Under the pieces are notes generated by a model. That model did no database searches, was not told where the DNA came from, and saw only the letters and a list, made by a program, of their open reading frames with translations. A stretch of 64,000 bases of DNA. Origin: Octopus vulgaris (lineage: Eukaryota). A program made the position numbers and the translations under genes. Shown here one piece after another: positions 41,056 through 55,438 of this stretch; position 1 is the first letter of the stretch, and every line of letters starts with the position of its first letter. The DNA is taken from NCBI GenBank assembly GCA_951406725.2, contig OX597835.1:29016001-29080000 (forward strand). The letters are read 5' to 3'.

Positions 41056-43163
41056 AGGCTAAGATATTCTATCGTTGACTCTACCAACAACAACAACAAC
41101 AACAACAGCAAGATACCAATATCGACAACATCACCAATGCAAACAACGTGACCAGCACCATTTCCACGACCAAAATGGCAAATACCATCATCAATACTTT
41201 CAGTAACATCACCACTATCTACACCACCACTGACAACTCGACCACTATCACTAATAGCAACGGCGACTACACAAACTTTACTGACACCAACGCCATTAGC
41301 AGCAGTAGAAGCAGCAGCAGCAGCAGCTACAGCAGCAATGACGACGACATAAGCGCCAGAAATGCCGACACTATCGCCAACACCACTGCCCCTACCGCCA
41401 CCACAACCACCACCACCACCACATCACCATCACCATCACCACCACCACACCACCACCACCACCACCACCATCACCACCATCACCGACACCAACGCTAACA
41501 CCACAACCACCACCGCCACCAAACCACCACCACCACCACCACCACCACCGACACCAACGCTAACACCACCACCACCACCACCATCACCGACACCGACACC
41601 AACGCCAACACTGACAAACAATCTTTCAATAATCCTAAATAAAATTAGTTAATAACGTTAGTAATCGCGTATCCAGCTTAATGCCTGACGGGATATCTTT
41701 CAGCAAAATTGTTACAGTGACGCGACAAAAGACGGTGGTTTCAAAGACAGAACGTATTGTGTACAGAAGCGTACTAATACACATCCGTCGTGTATGTGCT
41801 GTGCATTGGCTCACGACATGCACCAAACCGACGTTGCCGGAATAGGAGCACGTTGTAGAGCTACACGTCAGGTGTCCAACTGACCGGAGATCTAACGTGG
41901 CACGAATTGTTTTGCTCAAGACCACACAGCAATATTCACTCCGGGATTTGACACCATTTCATACATACATACATTTCACACATTCATACATTCATACATA
42001 CATACAAACATGCATATATACATGTATACATACATACAAAGATTCATGCATACAGACTCACATACATACATACATACATACATACATACATACATACATA
42101 CATACATACATACATACATACATACATGCATGCATGCATGCATGCATACATACATACATACATACATACATACATACATACATACATGTAAATGCCTAAC
42201 TGTCAGCCTGGATAAGCCTCAGGAAAAAAAATCAGCTGAGTCACATATTACAAATACAATCGATAAGCGGAACAGTAAAAATATGCAAGAGTTTTCTCAA
42301 GTTTAAAATATGACATTGCTCTCTGTTGTATTTCGCGAGGGTGTTTTTTTTTTTTTGCCAAATATACACAGGCACCATACACATGTATGGTGCATGTGTT
42401 TATTACTCTTCCTATTTGCACTTATGTCCATTGTCCGGAAATCTTTCGCCACACATCTGTGACCTCTTCAACAACAGTTTCCGTCCTCGTGTGTGCTCCG
42501 GCTCCGCAGAGGTCATAGATGTGTGAGGACAGATTTCCGGACAATGGACATTAGCTCAAATAATAACAATAATAAACGAGAAAAGAACGAATATATAGAA
42601 CGTGCGTCTATTTGGCAAACAAAAAAAAAGAAAAATGACCATACCGAAATGCAACAATATCTGTTTAAGCACACGGTTTCACATCGAGAATTTTACGACT
42701 CAAATTCATAAACGTGACATTGTTTTCACTATCAAAATTGAAATGATCGATCTCTGTATTTTTGTTAGAAATCAGTTCCTTCCTCAGAGGGAGGATCAAA
42801 TGATTGAAAATAGAAGACATGCATACATACATACATACATGCATGCAAACATGCCTACATACATACATATATACATAATACATACATACACACTCACATA
42901 CAAACACACACATATATACATACATGCATTCATTTACACACACACACATACATGAATGCATGCATGCATATATATACATACACATACATGCATGCATGCA
43001 TACATATATATATATATACATACATACATGCATACATATATACATACATACATTCATACATACATACGTACACGCATACATACATATACACATGCATACA
43101 TACATACATACATACATACATACATACATACATACTTACGTACGTACATACATACATACATAC

Positions 43164-43563
43164 TGTGGTAAGTAGCTTGCTTATCAACCGCATGTTTCCG
43201 GGTTCAGTCTCACTGCATGGCAACTTGAGCAAGTGTCTTCTACTATAATCTCGGGCTGACCGAAGCCTTGTGAGTGGATCTGGTAGACGGAAACTGAAAG
43301 AAGCCCGTCGTATATACCTATATATATGTGTGTGTGTGTGTGTGTGTGAATGTATTTGCTTGTGTGTCTGTATTTGTCCCCACAACATCACTTGACAACC
43401 AATGCTGGTGTTTTTACGTCTCTGCCACTTGGCGGTTCAACAAGAGAAACAGATAGAATAAGTACTAGGCTTACAAAGAATAAGTCCTGGGGTCGATTTG
43501 CTCGACTAAAGGCGGTGCTCCAGCATGACCGAAGTCAAATGACTGAAACAAATAAAAGAATAC
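43164..43563 (+). mobile_element. SINE family B
   Basis: Consensus match. Confidence 0.88.
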
Positions 43564-43961
43564 ACACATACAAGAAAAAGTACGTACTGTCATAGAGGTC
43601 AGCTGTTCTGCTGATGTGATCCCTTTGAAAAGCAAAGACAAAGTGGATAACTTGGACACTGCTTCTAAGCCTCCATCTTCTATATCCAGATTATATATTC
43701 ACATTTATGGCATTACGATTTTGTAAGTAAATGTGTCAATCTAGATAAGCTGAAGGTTTCAGAGAAAGAAACTCACACTTTACAAATACAATCCGTAAGT
43801 GAAACCGTAGAAATATGCAAGACTTGTCTTAAGTTTAAAATGTCCTATTGTTCTTCTTATTTACATTCCAGCGATGGAGATTTGTATCGTTGTTGAAAAC
43901 GCACTCCTTTCTCACAGGGGAAATTTGAATGATTAGACAGAAGAGAACGCTCATACAAGCA

Positions 43962-44016
<55 letters not shown>

Positions 44017-44017
44017 G

Positions 44018-44048
<31 letters not shown>

Positions 44049-44151
44049 CATGTAGATATATATATATATATACACATATATATATATATACATACGTACA
44101 TATATATATACATATATATATATACATACATATATATATACATATATACAT

Positions 44152-44182
<31 letters not shown>

Positions 44183-45591
44183 CATAGATAAACATATATA
44201 TATATATATATATATGGGTCGATAAATTAAGTACCAGTTGCATACTGGGGTCAATCTGACCGACTGGCCCCCTCCCCAAAATTTCGTGCCTTGTGCCTAG
44301 AGCAGAAAAGATATACACACGTGTATGTGTGTACATACGGATGTATGTATATATTCTATTACTTGTTTCAGTCATTTGACTGCGGCCATGCTGTAGCACT
44401 GTCTTGAAAGGTCTTTTAGTCGAACAAACCGACCTCTGGATTTAATCTTTGTAAGCCTACTACTTACTCTGTCGGTCTCTTTTGGCGAACCGCTAGGTTA
44501 CAGTGACGTAAATACTCCAATGCCCGTTGTCAGGCGGTGATGGGGTAGGGTAACAAAGACTGTCATGAACGCACACACATATAGATAAACACACACACAC
44601 AACATATATACATATGTTCATATATATATAATATAAATTGGACATGGGCGATCGTTGTATTCCTTCTTGTCTTGAGGTTCACAGCCAAAAAGCTAGGTGA
44701 ATTCGCCTGAACAATGGCACACATGTGGAGATGGGTGCGTAGATTGGAATGCGGTTTGTATTTTCTTCCTAGCTCCCATAGATACCGAGAAAATCGATTA
44801 AAACTTTTCTAATGGAAATCTTGTTTGTTCCGCCATTAAAACAACCAGTACCTCACGCAACCGGCATATACCCTTTCGCTAGCAACAAGTACAGGATGAT
44901 AGTCAGCCAAAATTTTTGCTACGCTGTGTCTCTTCTTTCCCCTCTTTGTGGGGTTAATAATCTTAATCTTTAGTTACAGTTTCTCATTCAAACTACATAA
45001 TAAGCAGAATTGTCAGGTTAAGAGAGTAGGGTGTTTTGAGGGAGATTTGGCTGCTATTTCTACCAGGTCTAGCTACCATGTAGAGGCCTGAACTTAATTT
45101 TCATTCACATATTAGCATTTCAAAAATTTAACATAATTTTTTCCATAAACCAACTATCGTAAAAATACGCATACACATCCATTTCATATATCTTCTTTCA
45201 ATTTCTGCTCTCTGCATATAAAATTTTTACGGATACGACGGCTTACAAAAATAGGGATTAGTGTATAATATCTTTCTGTGTTCATAATTAAATCAATGTT
45301 TTAATGATTACACAGAGGTCCAATAGAATAGCTCTCAGAAACAGACTAAGTACAAATTCGTTCTTCACAACTCCTGAAGCTGTTTTCTGACAAGGGGGTG
45401 GGGTCAGGAATTTTTTACACATCTGAAGGCTCCAATTGAAACAGGGGACCCGAAATGATTTAGCAACGCTGTTATAGATTATGCTTAACCGAAAACGATT
45501 ACAGCCACACCATCCAAACAGACCGGGTGAAAATGGGCATAGCTGCTAGAATACATACATAAATACATACATACATACATACATACATACA

Positions 45592-45658
<67 letters not shown>

Positions 45659-45664
<6 letters not shown>

Positions 45665-45845
45665 TATATAGAAGGAGCTTCTACAGGACTAGAACTGTTT
45701 CATTCAAGAGAAATCATCAGGAGATTTCTCTTGAATGAAACAGTTCTAGTCCTGTAGAAGCTCCTTCTATATAATAAATTAATTTTACTCTGCTATGTAT
45801 TGAGTACCTTATTTACTGTGGTTAACCCCGAATCAACCCGGGACC

Positions 45846-45848
<3 letters not shown>
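45659..45848. mobile_element. (TA)n-embedded fold-back element with hammerhead core (inverted pLTR-like)
   Basis: Perfect stem of about 57 bp, 45659-45715/45723-45779; minus strand CTGATGA-tttc(tctt)gaat-GAAA-cagttctag-TC. Confidence 0.75.
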
Positions 45849-45890
<42 letters not shown>

Positions 45891-46062
45891 ACACACACAC
45901 AAACGACATGGTTCCTTCAGTTTCCGTCTACCAAATCCACAGACAAGACTTTGTTCGGCCCGAGGCTATTGTTAAAGGCACGTGGCCAAGGTGCCAAGGA
46001 GTGGTACTGAACCCAGAACCATGTGGTTGGCAAGCAAGCTTATAACCCCACACCCCACGCCC

Positions 46063-46140
<78 letters not shown>

Positions 46141-46930
46141 GTATAGATCTGCTATTATTGAGCTCAGAGCTCCGCAGAGATTACCATCTACTTTCAGTTT
46201 AGTAGTTTACCTACTACTGTACTGGTTGTAATTCGTTGTGAATAGGTTTTCTGTTTGGGTACAAGACACTACGCTCTTAAGAAACTCCGTAGCAATTTTA
46301 GCAAATCAAAAATTATATATACTCTGCATTTTGTATTGAGTTCTCTTTCTTCCGTTTGTAGAATCAGATCAAACATGCTTGTATATATATATATATATAT
46401 ATATATACATACATACATATATATATGAATGTATGTATATATGTATATATATATATATGTATGTATATATGTATGTGTTTGCATGGGTGTGTGTGTGTGT
46501 ATGTGTGTGCGTGTGTGTATGTGCCAGTGATAAGAAAGAAAAGAAGCGGAGGAGTATATTCTGTGGAAGTCTTCAGATGCAGTTTTATGAAACATATTGC
46601 CGGCGGGAAGGAAAACGAGGTGTGGGGGAGGATAGTTACTCTCCACGCCACAAAGAAAAAATAAGTGAAGCCATCTGTAAAAAAGACGAAAGTAATGCGC
46701 AAAGGAAAGATTTTCTTATATTAAACAAAAAAAAGAAAAATTAAAAAAAAGAAGAAATATTATTGCGAAGACAAACAGAAAATACAAAAAGAAGCAAATA
46801 TGATAAGAAGAAAAAGAAGAAATTAGAAGACGAACAGACTGAAAGTAAAATAGAATAGAAGAAATAAAATAAAATACAAAGCGAATAAATATTATGAGAA
46901 ATACATAAATAAATAGATAAATATATAAAC

Positions 46931-46961
<31 letters not shown>

Positions 46962-47173
46962 AACATATATATATATATATTGTATAAATATATATATATA
47001 GATACATACATATATACTCATACATATATATATACATTATGTATATATATATATATGTATATGCATGTATATATATATATATATAGATATACATATATAC
47101 TCATACATATATATACATTATGTATATATGTATATATATATAATAGATAGATGTATACATACATATATATGCA

Positions 47174-47226
<53 letters not shown>

Positions 47227-47650
47227 GTGTATGTATGTATGTATTTATATATATATCTATGTATGTATGTATGTATGTATGTATGTATGTATGTATGTAT
47301 GTATGTATGTATGTATGTATGTATGTATTCGCATAAGAAAATGAGAGGATAAAAGTGGTTGGAAAATGTTTCAGAGACGGAGAGAGTGAAAGAAACAGAG
47401 GGAAAGAGGGGTGGAGAGAGAAATAGAGAAAGAAAGAAAGAAAAATGAAAGAAAGAAGGAAGGAAGGAAAGCAGGCAAGAAAGAAAGAGATAGATAGATA
47501 TATATATAGAGAGAGAGATACAGAGAGTCGGAAAGACAGATGAGAAACTACTAAGTGTTTCATATATTTAATCAAAGACTTAGACAAACTGTATATGCAT
47601 ATTGTTTATATGTATAATGTGTATATGAAACGAACGTGTGTATACGTCTG

Positions 47651-47696
<46 letters not shown>

Positions 47697-48631
47697 CGTG
47701 TGTTTTTATGTAGCAATCTATGTACGTATATATGTATGCATGTATGTGTATACATGCATATGCAAGGCTGTGTTTGTGTATGTTTGCATATATATACGTG
47801 CATGTTATCATATGTGTGTGTGTGTTGTTTGCGTGGGTGTTCGTACGCGCGTGCGTGTGTATGAATATTCCGTGTTTGTAGTTAAGTATTTCTGTATTAT
47901 GGTTACGTATGTATTTATAATTGTATGAAAATATATGCACATATACACCCACCATAAAAGATTTTGTCTTTTGTGGTCATATGAGCAGTCAATTTTGAGT
48001 GTATGTGCACATGCATATAGACATGTACAACTATACACTCATACCTCCCTTTTAGTCGCATATATACATACATACGTACACATATACATAAACACACACA
48101 CACGCATATATATATATATATACAGAGTATATAATTTTTGATAATAATTATAATAAGGGCAACTACATGCTAGAAGAACATGTCAAATGACTCTTATAGA
48201 TACGGGCTGAAAGCGAAGGAAATAAATGAAAAAAGATTGCTAAACTTACAAAAAAATATTTTTCGTTGCTTTCCCTCGCTTTCAGCCCGTGTCTATGTGA
48301 TAAATAAAGTAGTTTTAGAGTCGGTTGACATCTTCTTCTAGCATGTGACCTTACCATGTAGGTGCCATTATAATTATAATTATTATAAAATATTATAATC
48401 CCTGTACTAATTTAAACCTAAAAGGTTTTACATGCTAGCTACTTGATAAAATCCTATATAGATTTTTTCCTTGATTATATATATATATATATATATAACT
48501 GTATGTAAGTATTATGTATGAACGCATGTATGTATCGTGACCGACCACATCCAGAATTGGACCTTGAGAAGCCTCTCCTTGTATTGTTCGAGCTACTGTA
48601 TATTACGTACCTCAGAGAGGTACGTAATACC

Positions 48632-48859
48632 TATTTCTTTACTACCCACAAGGAGCTAAACACAGAGAGGACAAAGGACAGACAAACGGATTAAGTCGAT
48701 TATATCGACCCCAGTGCGTAACTGGTACTTATTTAATCGACCCCGAAAGGATGAAATGCAAAGTCGACCTCGGCGGAATTTGAACTCAGAACGTAGCGGC
48801 AGACGAAATACTGCTAAGCATTTCGCCCAGCGTGCTAACGTTTCTGCCAGCTCGCCGCC
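48632..48859 (-). mobile_element. SINE family A with 13-bp target-site duplication
   Basis: ggtacgtaatacc at 48619-48631 and 48860-48872. Confidence 0.9.
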
Positions 48860-50194
48860 GGTACGTAATACCGACTGACCGTCATTCCTTATCGCAAAAA
48901 AAAAATCTGATTAGACTGGGGCACTTTTCCGTTTCTTATTGAAAGGTTAGGTTAACCTGGTCAGGCAACCCATCTTTTGCTAAATCCCACTCCGTGGGCG
49001 TCTCGGGATGTGCCAGAAGTTTCTGGAGCAAGCGTACCTGCAAAAGAATAGATGCTAGGGTTAAAAATAAAATAAGTATTGGAGATCGATTCATTCGACT
49101 AAAATTCTTCAATGTGGTGCCCCAGCATGGCCGGATTCGAATGACTGGAACAAGTAAAAGATAAAAAATAAAAGATAAAAATACTCGAATCATTGATAGA
49201 GATGTTTAAGCGGCCTAGAATTTTCTCTTCTTCTACAACCACGTAGGAACATTTATACTGGCCAAAATTCCTTCCTATAATCTTTTGAGCCTATTGTAAT
49301 CAAGTCAAGGTCTTCCTTTAAATCATTCGTATTCGTGGCATATATTTTCAGATCTGCAAAAAAGCTGTGGCTTCAGACTGATATTTCTGTTATTGTGAGC
49401 TTATTATCAAAGACAGATCCATCTCCACTATTATTGGGTAATTTTCTCAACAAAAACGACAAGAGTTTCTGTAAAGTATAACACCAACACAAGAAGGTTG
49501 TCTCCTTGATGTACACCGTTGCATTACTGCATCCTATCTTTGACTAATCAATAGGTGTCTCTGTTTCGCTACCGAGCAATTGGCCTACGTTGTCCATAAC
49601 CCCGATAATGCTTCTCGGAAATTAATTCGGGTATACATGAATGGGGATTGAATGATTACTTGTAATCCAGCATGCTTATAACCAATTTCTTTTGATGGCC
49701 ACCATTTTCTGTCTCTGGCATCTAAGTTTTGTTGCTCAAAACTCGTACAAATTCCTTTCTTTCCAGCTGTTTATTCAGCTCTGATAACTTTTCTTTCTTA
49801 CTGACACTTTGATTCTGGCAGAATAGTTTCAGACAAGCTGTGTACATTTTAAACAATCAATTTTGGCATAAAAATAGTTGGTAGTTTTTCGCCACGTAAG
49901 AGGTATATTTTTTTTTAGAAGTATCAGATTGGATTCCACCGTCGCCAATTAGCTTGGTACATTTATATCTCTACTGAAGGCTGACTATTAAAGGTCGATG
50001 AGATAGCCTCGATAGAAGGTCAGCAATTTTTATTCCGATGTCCGACAATCAAGTCTCTTCCTCATGATTTCTCCAATGTATGTATGCATATATCAGTCTA
50101 TGTATCAGTGTGTATGTGTTCATGAATGTATGTATGCGTCTGTCAGTCTCTTTCTCTCTCTTTCGCTCTCTCTCTATCAATCTCTCTCTCTCTC

Positions 50195-50236
<42 letters not shown>

Positions 50237-50350
50237 CGTGATCACCGTGACCGACCAGGCTATCAGATGTTGCTACACATCGCTGGTCACAATGCGCTTT
50301 GCATTGTTTTAGCCTTCAAATGACGCCAGCCCGCTGGCTAAGCGAGCAGG

Positions 50351-50411
<61 letters not shown>

Positions 50412-50446
50412 GTACATACATATATATACGTACATACATATATAAA

Positions 50447-52080
50447 CTACTATTCAAAACTATAAGGCCACATGTTTTTTAAAGTTATTTAGGAATTCAG
50501 CTATGTATTTAAGTGTACTAAGGGGCATAATATATTGGAAATTGGTATCTAGGGAATACTTTGAAATGTAAATTTTGTATCTTTATTATCACATTGCAAC
50601 ATCCGATATTACAATCTTCCCTAGTATATCAACATCTTAAAACTATAAAGTCACTAATACATTTTCATTTCTTTCCATATTGTTTCGGAAATTATTCAAC
50701 TCAATCGTATTCATCATAATCCAGATAAAATTTGCAGTATGCCTAAAGCTACAAGGTTTTTCAAAACTGAATAAGAGAAGATTCTTGCACTGAAAGTGGC
50801 AGGAATGAGTAACCGTAAGATTGCCGAGAACTTTCGGTGAAGTTGAACGTCAGTGGACGATTTTCGGAAAGATCCTGGCGGCTACAAGAGGTTTCATGCT
50901 GGTGGACGTCCTTAGGCCACTAGAGAAAGCGATGAAAGTACCATCGTCAGAGCTGTGAAGAAGTCACTCTGCTCTTCTGTTTCTAATATTAAGACATCTG
51001 CAGGAGTAGGAGTTTCGACATACACTGTAAGACGAGTGACTTTGAACTATGATTTCCGCCTGAAGAAGCGGCAGGGACGTTCGTTATTGTCCTCTTCCCA
51101 CAAAACTGTTAGATTGATGTTTGCTCTCCAGCATCAGACGTGGAATGGTGAATGGAGCAGGGTTCTGTTCTCAGATGAGAAAATATGGAAGCTGGATGGC
51201 CCTGACGGTTATAAGTATTACTGGGCAGATAAATGTATACAAAATTCTACGTATTCCATGTGGCAGACCAGCGGAGGAAACCTTACGGTGTGGGAGAGTA
51301 ATATCTACAAATGAGAAGCTGCCAGTTGTCAATACGGATAGACATTTCAATGCTGGACGATACATCAATATGTTGGACGGGACTCACATTGATGAAGAAA
51401 CAAACTGGATTTCTTCCTATCAACTGGGGTTGTTGTTTGTTCCTTCTCGAGCCATGCCTGGCTCATAAGGACAGGTTTCCCAGTTTCCTTGGCGTATAGG
51501 TTCCCCACCTGGACGGGACGCCGGTCCATCGCAGGTGAGCTGCAAGATGCAAGAGGAAAGAGTGATAGAAAGTTGTGGCGAAAGAGTCAGCAGAAGTTCG
51601 CCATTACCTTCTGCCGGAGCCGCGTGGAGCTTAGGTGTTTCGCTCATAAACACAAACATCGCCCGGTCTGCGATTCGAACCCGCGATCCCTCAACCGCAG
51701 AACCGCTGCTCTAACCACTAGGTCATGTGCCTTCACATATCAATTGGGATTGAAGTCATGTGATGACTAGCAAGAAATACCAACCTTAATCCTATATGGA
51801 ATGCCTGGGGATATCTCACGAATGCTGTGTACTGTGAAGGGAAACAGTATTCATTTGTTGATGAACTTGAAACGGCAATAAAAAAAGGCCTGGGAAGAGC
51901 TTCCAGTTGATCTGCTGCAGAAATGGAATGTGAGCATGAAATCGCGTGTCTTTGAAGGAATTCAGAAAGGAGGTGGTCAAACATATTATTGTTGATGTAT
52001 TGTATGAGAATATCATTGAAATACATCACATTACAGCAGCTTTGCATAATTTTTGCAACATTATTCAACCTTGCATTATA
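50447..52080 (+). mobile_element. decayed Tc1-family (Tc3-like) transposon
   Basis: MPKA...GMSNRKIA...GGRP; RVLFSDEKIWKLDGPDGYKYYW; NLNPIWNAWG...GKQYSFVDELETAI; many stops; element ends uncertain. Confidence 0.8.
51429..51737 (-). mobile_element. SINE (family D head) inserted in the Tc3-like element
   Basis: TSD tatcaa(c/t)tggg at 51418-51428 and 51738-51748; tRNA-like head cctagtggttagagc...gggttcgaatc. Confidence 0.85.
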
Positions 52081-52559
52081 ATCTCTGGCTCTGGACGTTT
52101 TCTTGAATTATCTAATTTATCTTTGGATTTCAGTAAATCTGAATATTGCAATGCCTTCTATTTGATTTCCTATCTTGAGGTGAATTTCATGAATCTGCGT
52201 AGTATCGTTCACCAGAAATAACAGTGTCCTGGGTTTGTAGTTTTGAAGAGCATTTTATGTATGTGCTTCACTGTTTCTTTAAGGTAGGATCAACAAAAAA
52301 GTACTCCATTTCACAGACTATATATATATACATATACACATACATATACATATACATATGCATGACCGCGTGTGTACCGTTGGCGATTTTTTTCCTCTGT
52401 CTTCTCTTCTCTGGATCTTTCCTCCTCCTATGTTTCCGACGAAGAGCTCCGCTCGAAACGTTAAACCCTCCTTCTTTCCTTCTTTCCTGAGCGTATAATA
52501 ATACTATACTTGTTCCACGTCCTCACGTTTTGGGTTTTTTTGTGCTTTCTTGTTTGGAT

Positions 52560-52664
<105 letters not shown>

Positions 52665-53149
52665 TGATAGATAGATAGATAGACAGACAGATAGATAGAT
52701 AGGTAGATAGATATGCGCATGTATGCGTATAAGTACATATAAATTTATCTGTTATACTAAAACTCAAAGTTTGTTCTCCTGCCATTTGATTAAGATGATA
52801 AAGTACAAATAAAATAGTCATATCCCCCTTTAAGAAAAAAAATCTAGTGAAAATGTTGACATTTCAAAGAGTTCTGTTATCTCTGCCGTTTGTTCTTTTT
52901 CTTACACTCTTTTTCCTTTTCGAGTGCCGTAGACTTGAAAGGTAGAAATTCTTCCTATATTTTTATGAGATATTTTTTCAATCACGGGTACTTGATATTT
53001 TTTCCTTAAAGGAGAAAATTAGTATTTTATTTAAATTAAAATAGTAATCTTTATCATCTTAATCAAAAGTCAGAAAATCAGACAGACACAGACTTATAGT
53101 TGCAATGGGAAGAGTTGAATCTCATAAGAATGGAAAAACAAACAACAAC

Positions 53150-54330
53150 AACAACAAATGGGTTGTACCTTATAGTGAGACTATTTTAAGAACATTCAAA
53201 TGCCACTGCAACGTTGAAATCATTGCCTCAGAGAGGTCAGTTAAGTACATCATCAACTATTCACTGAAAGGAAATGACTAAGTTGCTATGGTTACGAACT
53301 TAATTAATATCTAATGGGTATGTATATTGAACCATCCGACGCAGTTGCATCAATTTTAGGATTTTCAGTTCATGAAAAAACACCTGCAATAGTGATATTG
53401 CAAGTTCATCTACCTGATGAACAAAGAATTTATGAGCCACTTTGACTATTGTTCTCAGCTAGGGTCACCATCCAGTGTCAAGTTAATCACAGAACTTGAG
53501 GCGATCCAACGAAGCTACACGAAGAAAATAGCCTCTGTGCAGCATATAAGCTACAGGGAAAGACTCAAGAGATTAAGACTCTATTCCTTAGAGCGTAGGC
53601 GAGAAAGATATGCCATAATATAAATCTGGAAGATCCTAGAAGGACTTGTCCCAAACTTTGGCACCGAGAGTTACAGAAATACTAGAACTGGACGCCACTG
53701 CATAGTGCCAAGGACTCCAAATTTGCCATCAAGATGTAGGACAAGATACTGTGATAGCCTGGGTTTCAGAGGTCCACAGCTCTTCAATATCCTCCCGAAG
53801 AACCTGAGAGACCTGCATGGGGTGGATGCAGATGTCTTTAAAATAAAACTGGATCTCTTCCTGTCAGGTGTCCCAGATAAACCAACTTTACGGCAGGAGG
53901 TGCAGATGAGGGCAGTTGCATCGAACGCTCTCATGCACCAAATGGCAATTGCTAAAAAGCATTCGTGAAGTAAAATCAAGTAGCAACACCAAATGGCGGT
54001 GCCCCAGCATGGCCACAGCTCGTGAGCTGAAACTAGATAAAATAAAATAAAATAAAATAAAATAAAATATATATGGCTGTCAATGAACGATGTATTAGAA
54101 CAACATTGTGTATCAATGATGACTTTGCAAAACATTACTTTATGCTGAAGTAAACATGTACTTCACTTGGAAAAGCAGTAACAAAGAATGGCAAAGAAGA
54201 AAGCGAAGAAAAAAGTTGAAAGCCATTTGGACATTTTCAAAAAAGAAACACTTGGTAGCCTTTATGTTGTCACACCAAAGGGAGGAGAACTGTATTATTT
54301 AAGAATTTTATTGCATGAGGTTCGAAATAG
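53150..54330 (+). mobile_element. Helitron RepHel fragment, split by a LINE
   Basis: NKWVVPYS...FKCHCNVEIIASERSVKYIINYSLKGND; ILGFSVHEKTPAIVILQVHLPDEQ; LGSLYVVTPKGGELYYLRILLHEVR, all motifs of the Helitron post-Rep region. Confidence 0.8.
53430..54068 (+). mobile_element. CR1/L2-group LINE 3' end
   Basis: SHFDYCSQL...LEAIQRSYTKKI...ERLKRLRLYSLERRRERYAII*IWKILEGLVPN...GPQLFNILP; (AAAAT)n tail. Confidence 0.9.
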
Positions 54331-54440
54331 TATTTTTTCCTTTCCCGCTGCGCATCGACATTTTCAACTGGGAGTGGTTGTGACCCAACGGGTCACGGCC
54401 GGTAAATATACATACATATACATGTATGTATGTATGTATG

Positions 54441-54472
<32 letters not shown>

Positions 54473-55254
54473 GTTAATCCAAACATGAAAACACAAAGAG
54501 AAAACACAACAACGCGAGGACGTGGAACAAGTATAGTATTATTGGACGCTCAAGAAAGAAGGAAAGAAGGAGGGTTTAACGCTTCGAGCGGAGCTCTTCG
54601 TCGGAAACATAGGAAAAGGAAAGGTCCAAGGAAGGGAAGACGGAGGAAAAAATCGCCAACGGTACACACGCGGTCACATTTTGAATGTATGTATGTATGT
54701 ATGTATGTATGTATGTATGTATGTATGTATGCATGTATGTACGTATCTGTGTGTATGTAGTTATATATGCTTATACATATACCCATATATATGGATATAT
54801 GTATGTATGGTTGTATGAGTGTGTGTGTGAAGGTGTGTGCTGCGTTTCACAAGCTGCCCTCTTTGAAAGAGTTACTCTAACTGGCTAACTGGTTTACTAG
54901 TTTACTGTCCAGTCATGCGCAGTGAACAGAAGTTAAAATGGAAACAATAGCAAATGAACAGAACGTTCTCTCTCCGTCGCCATTCGAAGAATGTTATTTC
55001 GCTTGATTCACAGACAATGAAGCCAAAAACAACAACAACAAAAATTGACGAACAAAGGAAAAATAAAACAACAATAAGGCAAGAATGAATAGAATTAAAA
55101 ACAACAAGAACAAGAACAAAAACAATAACAACAACAGCGTCAAAAACCATGAATAAAAACAATAGGAAACAATACACAACAAGGCAGAATAAAACAATAA
55201 CAAAAATACAAAACAATAATACAGGTATCACTGCCGCTGCTGCTGCTGCTGCTG

Positions 55255-55292
<38 letters not shown>

Positions 55293-55375
55293 GCGGCTGT
55301 TATTACTATTACTACTACAACGACAAGTACTATAGCTGCTGCTGCTACTGCTACTACTATTTCCACAATCACCAT

Positions 55376-55438
<63 letters not shown>

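Noticed and set aside
49150-50060. Non-repetitive stretch resembling a decayed transposase or exon (also 7200-7850, 13800-14330, 34500-35160, 59040-59560)
   Set aside because: No sustained ORF or recognisable motif; needs BLASTx/RepeatMasker
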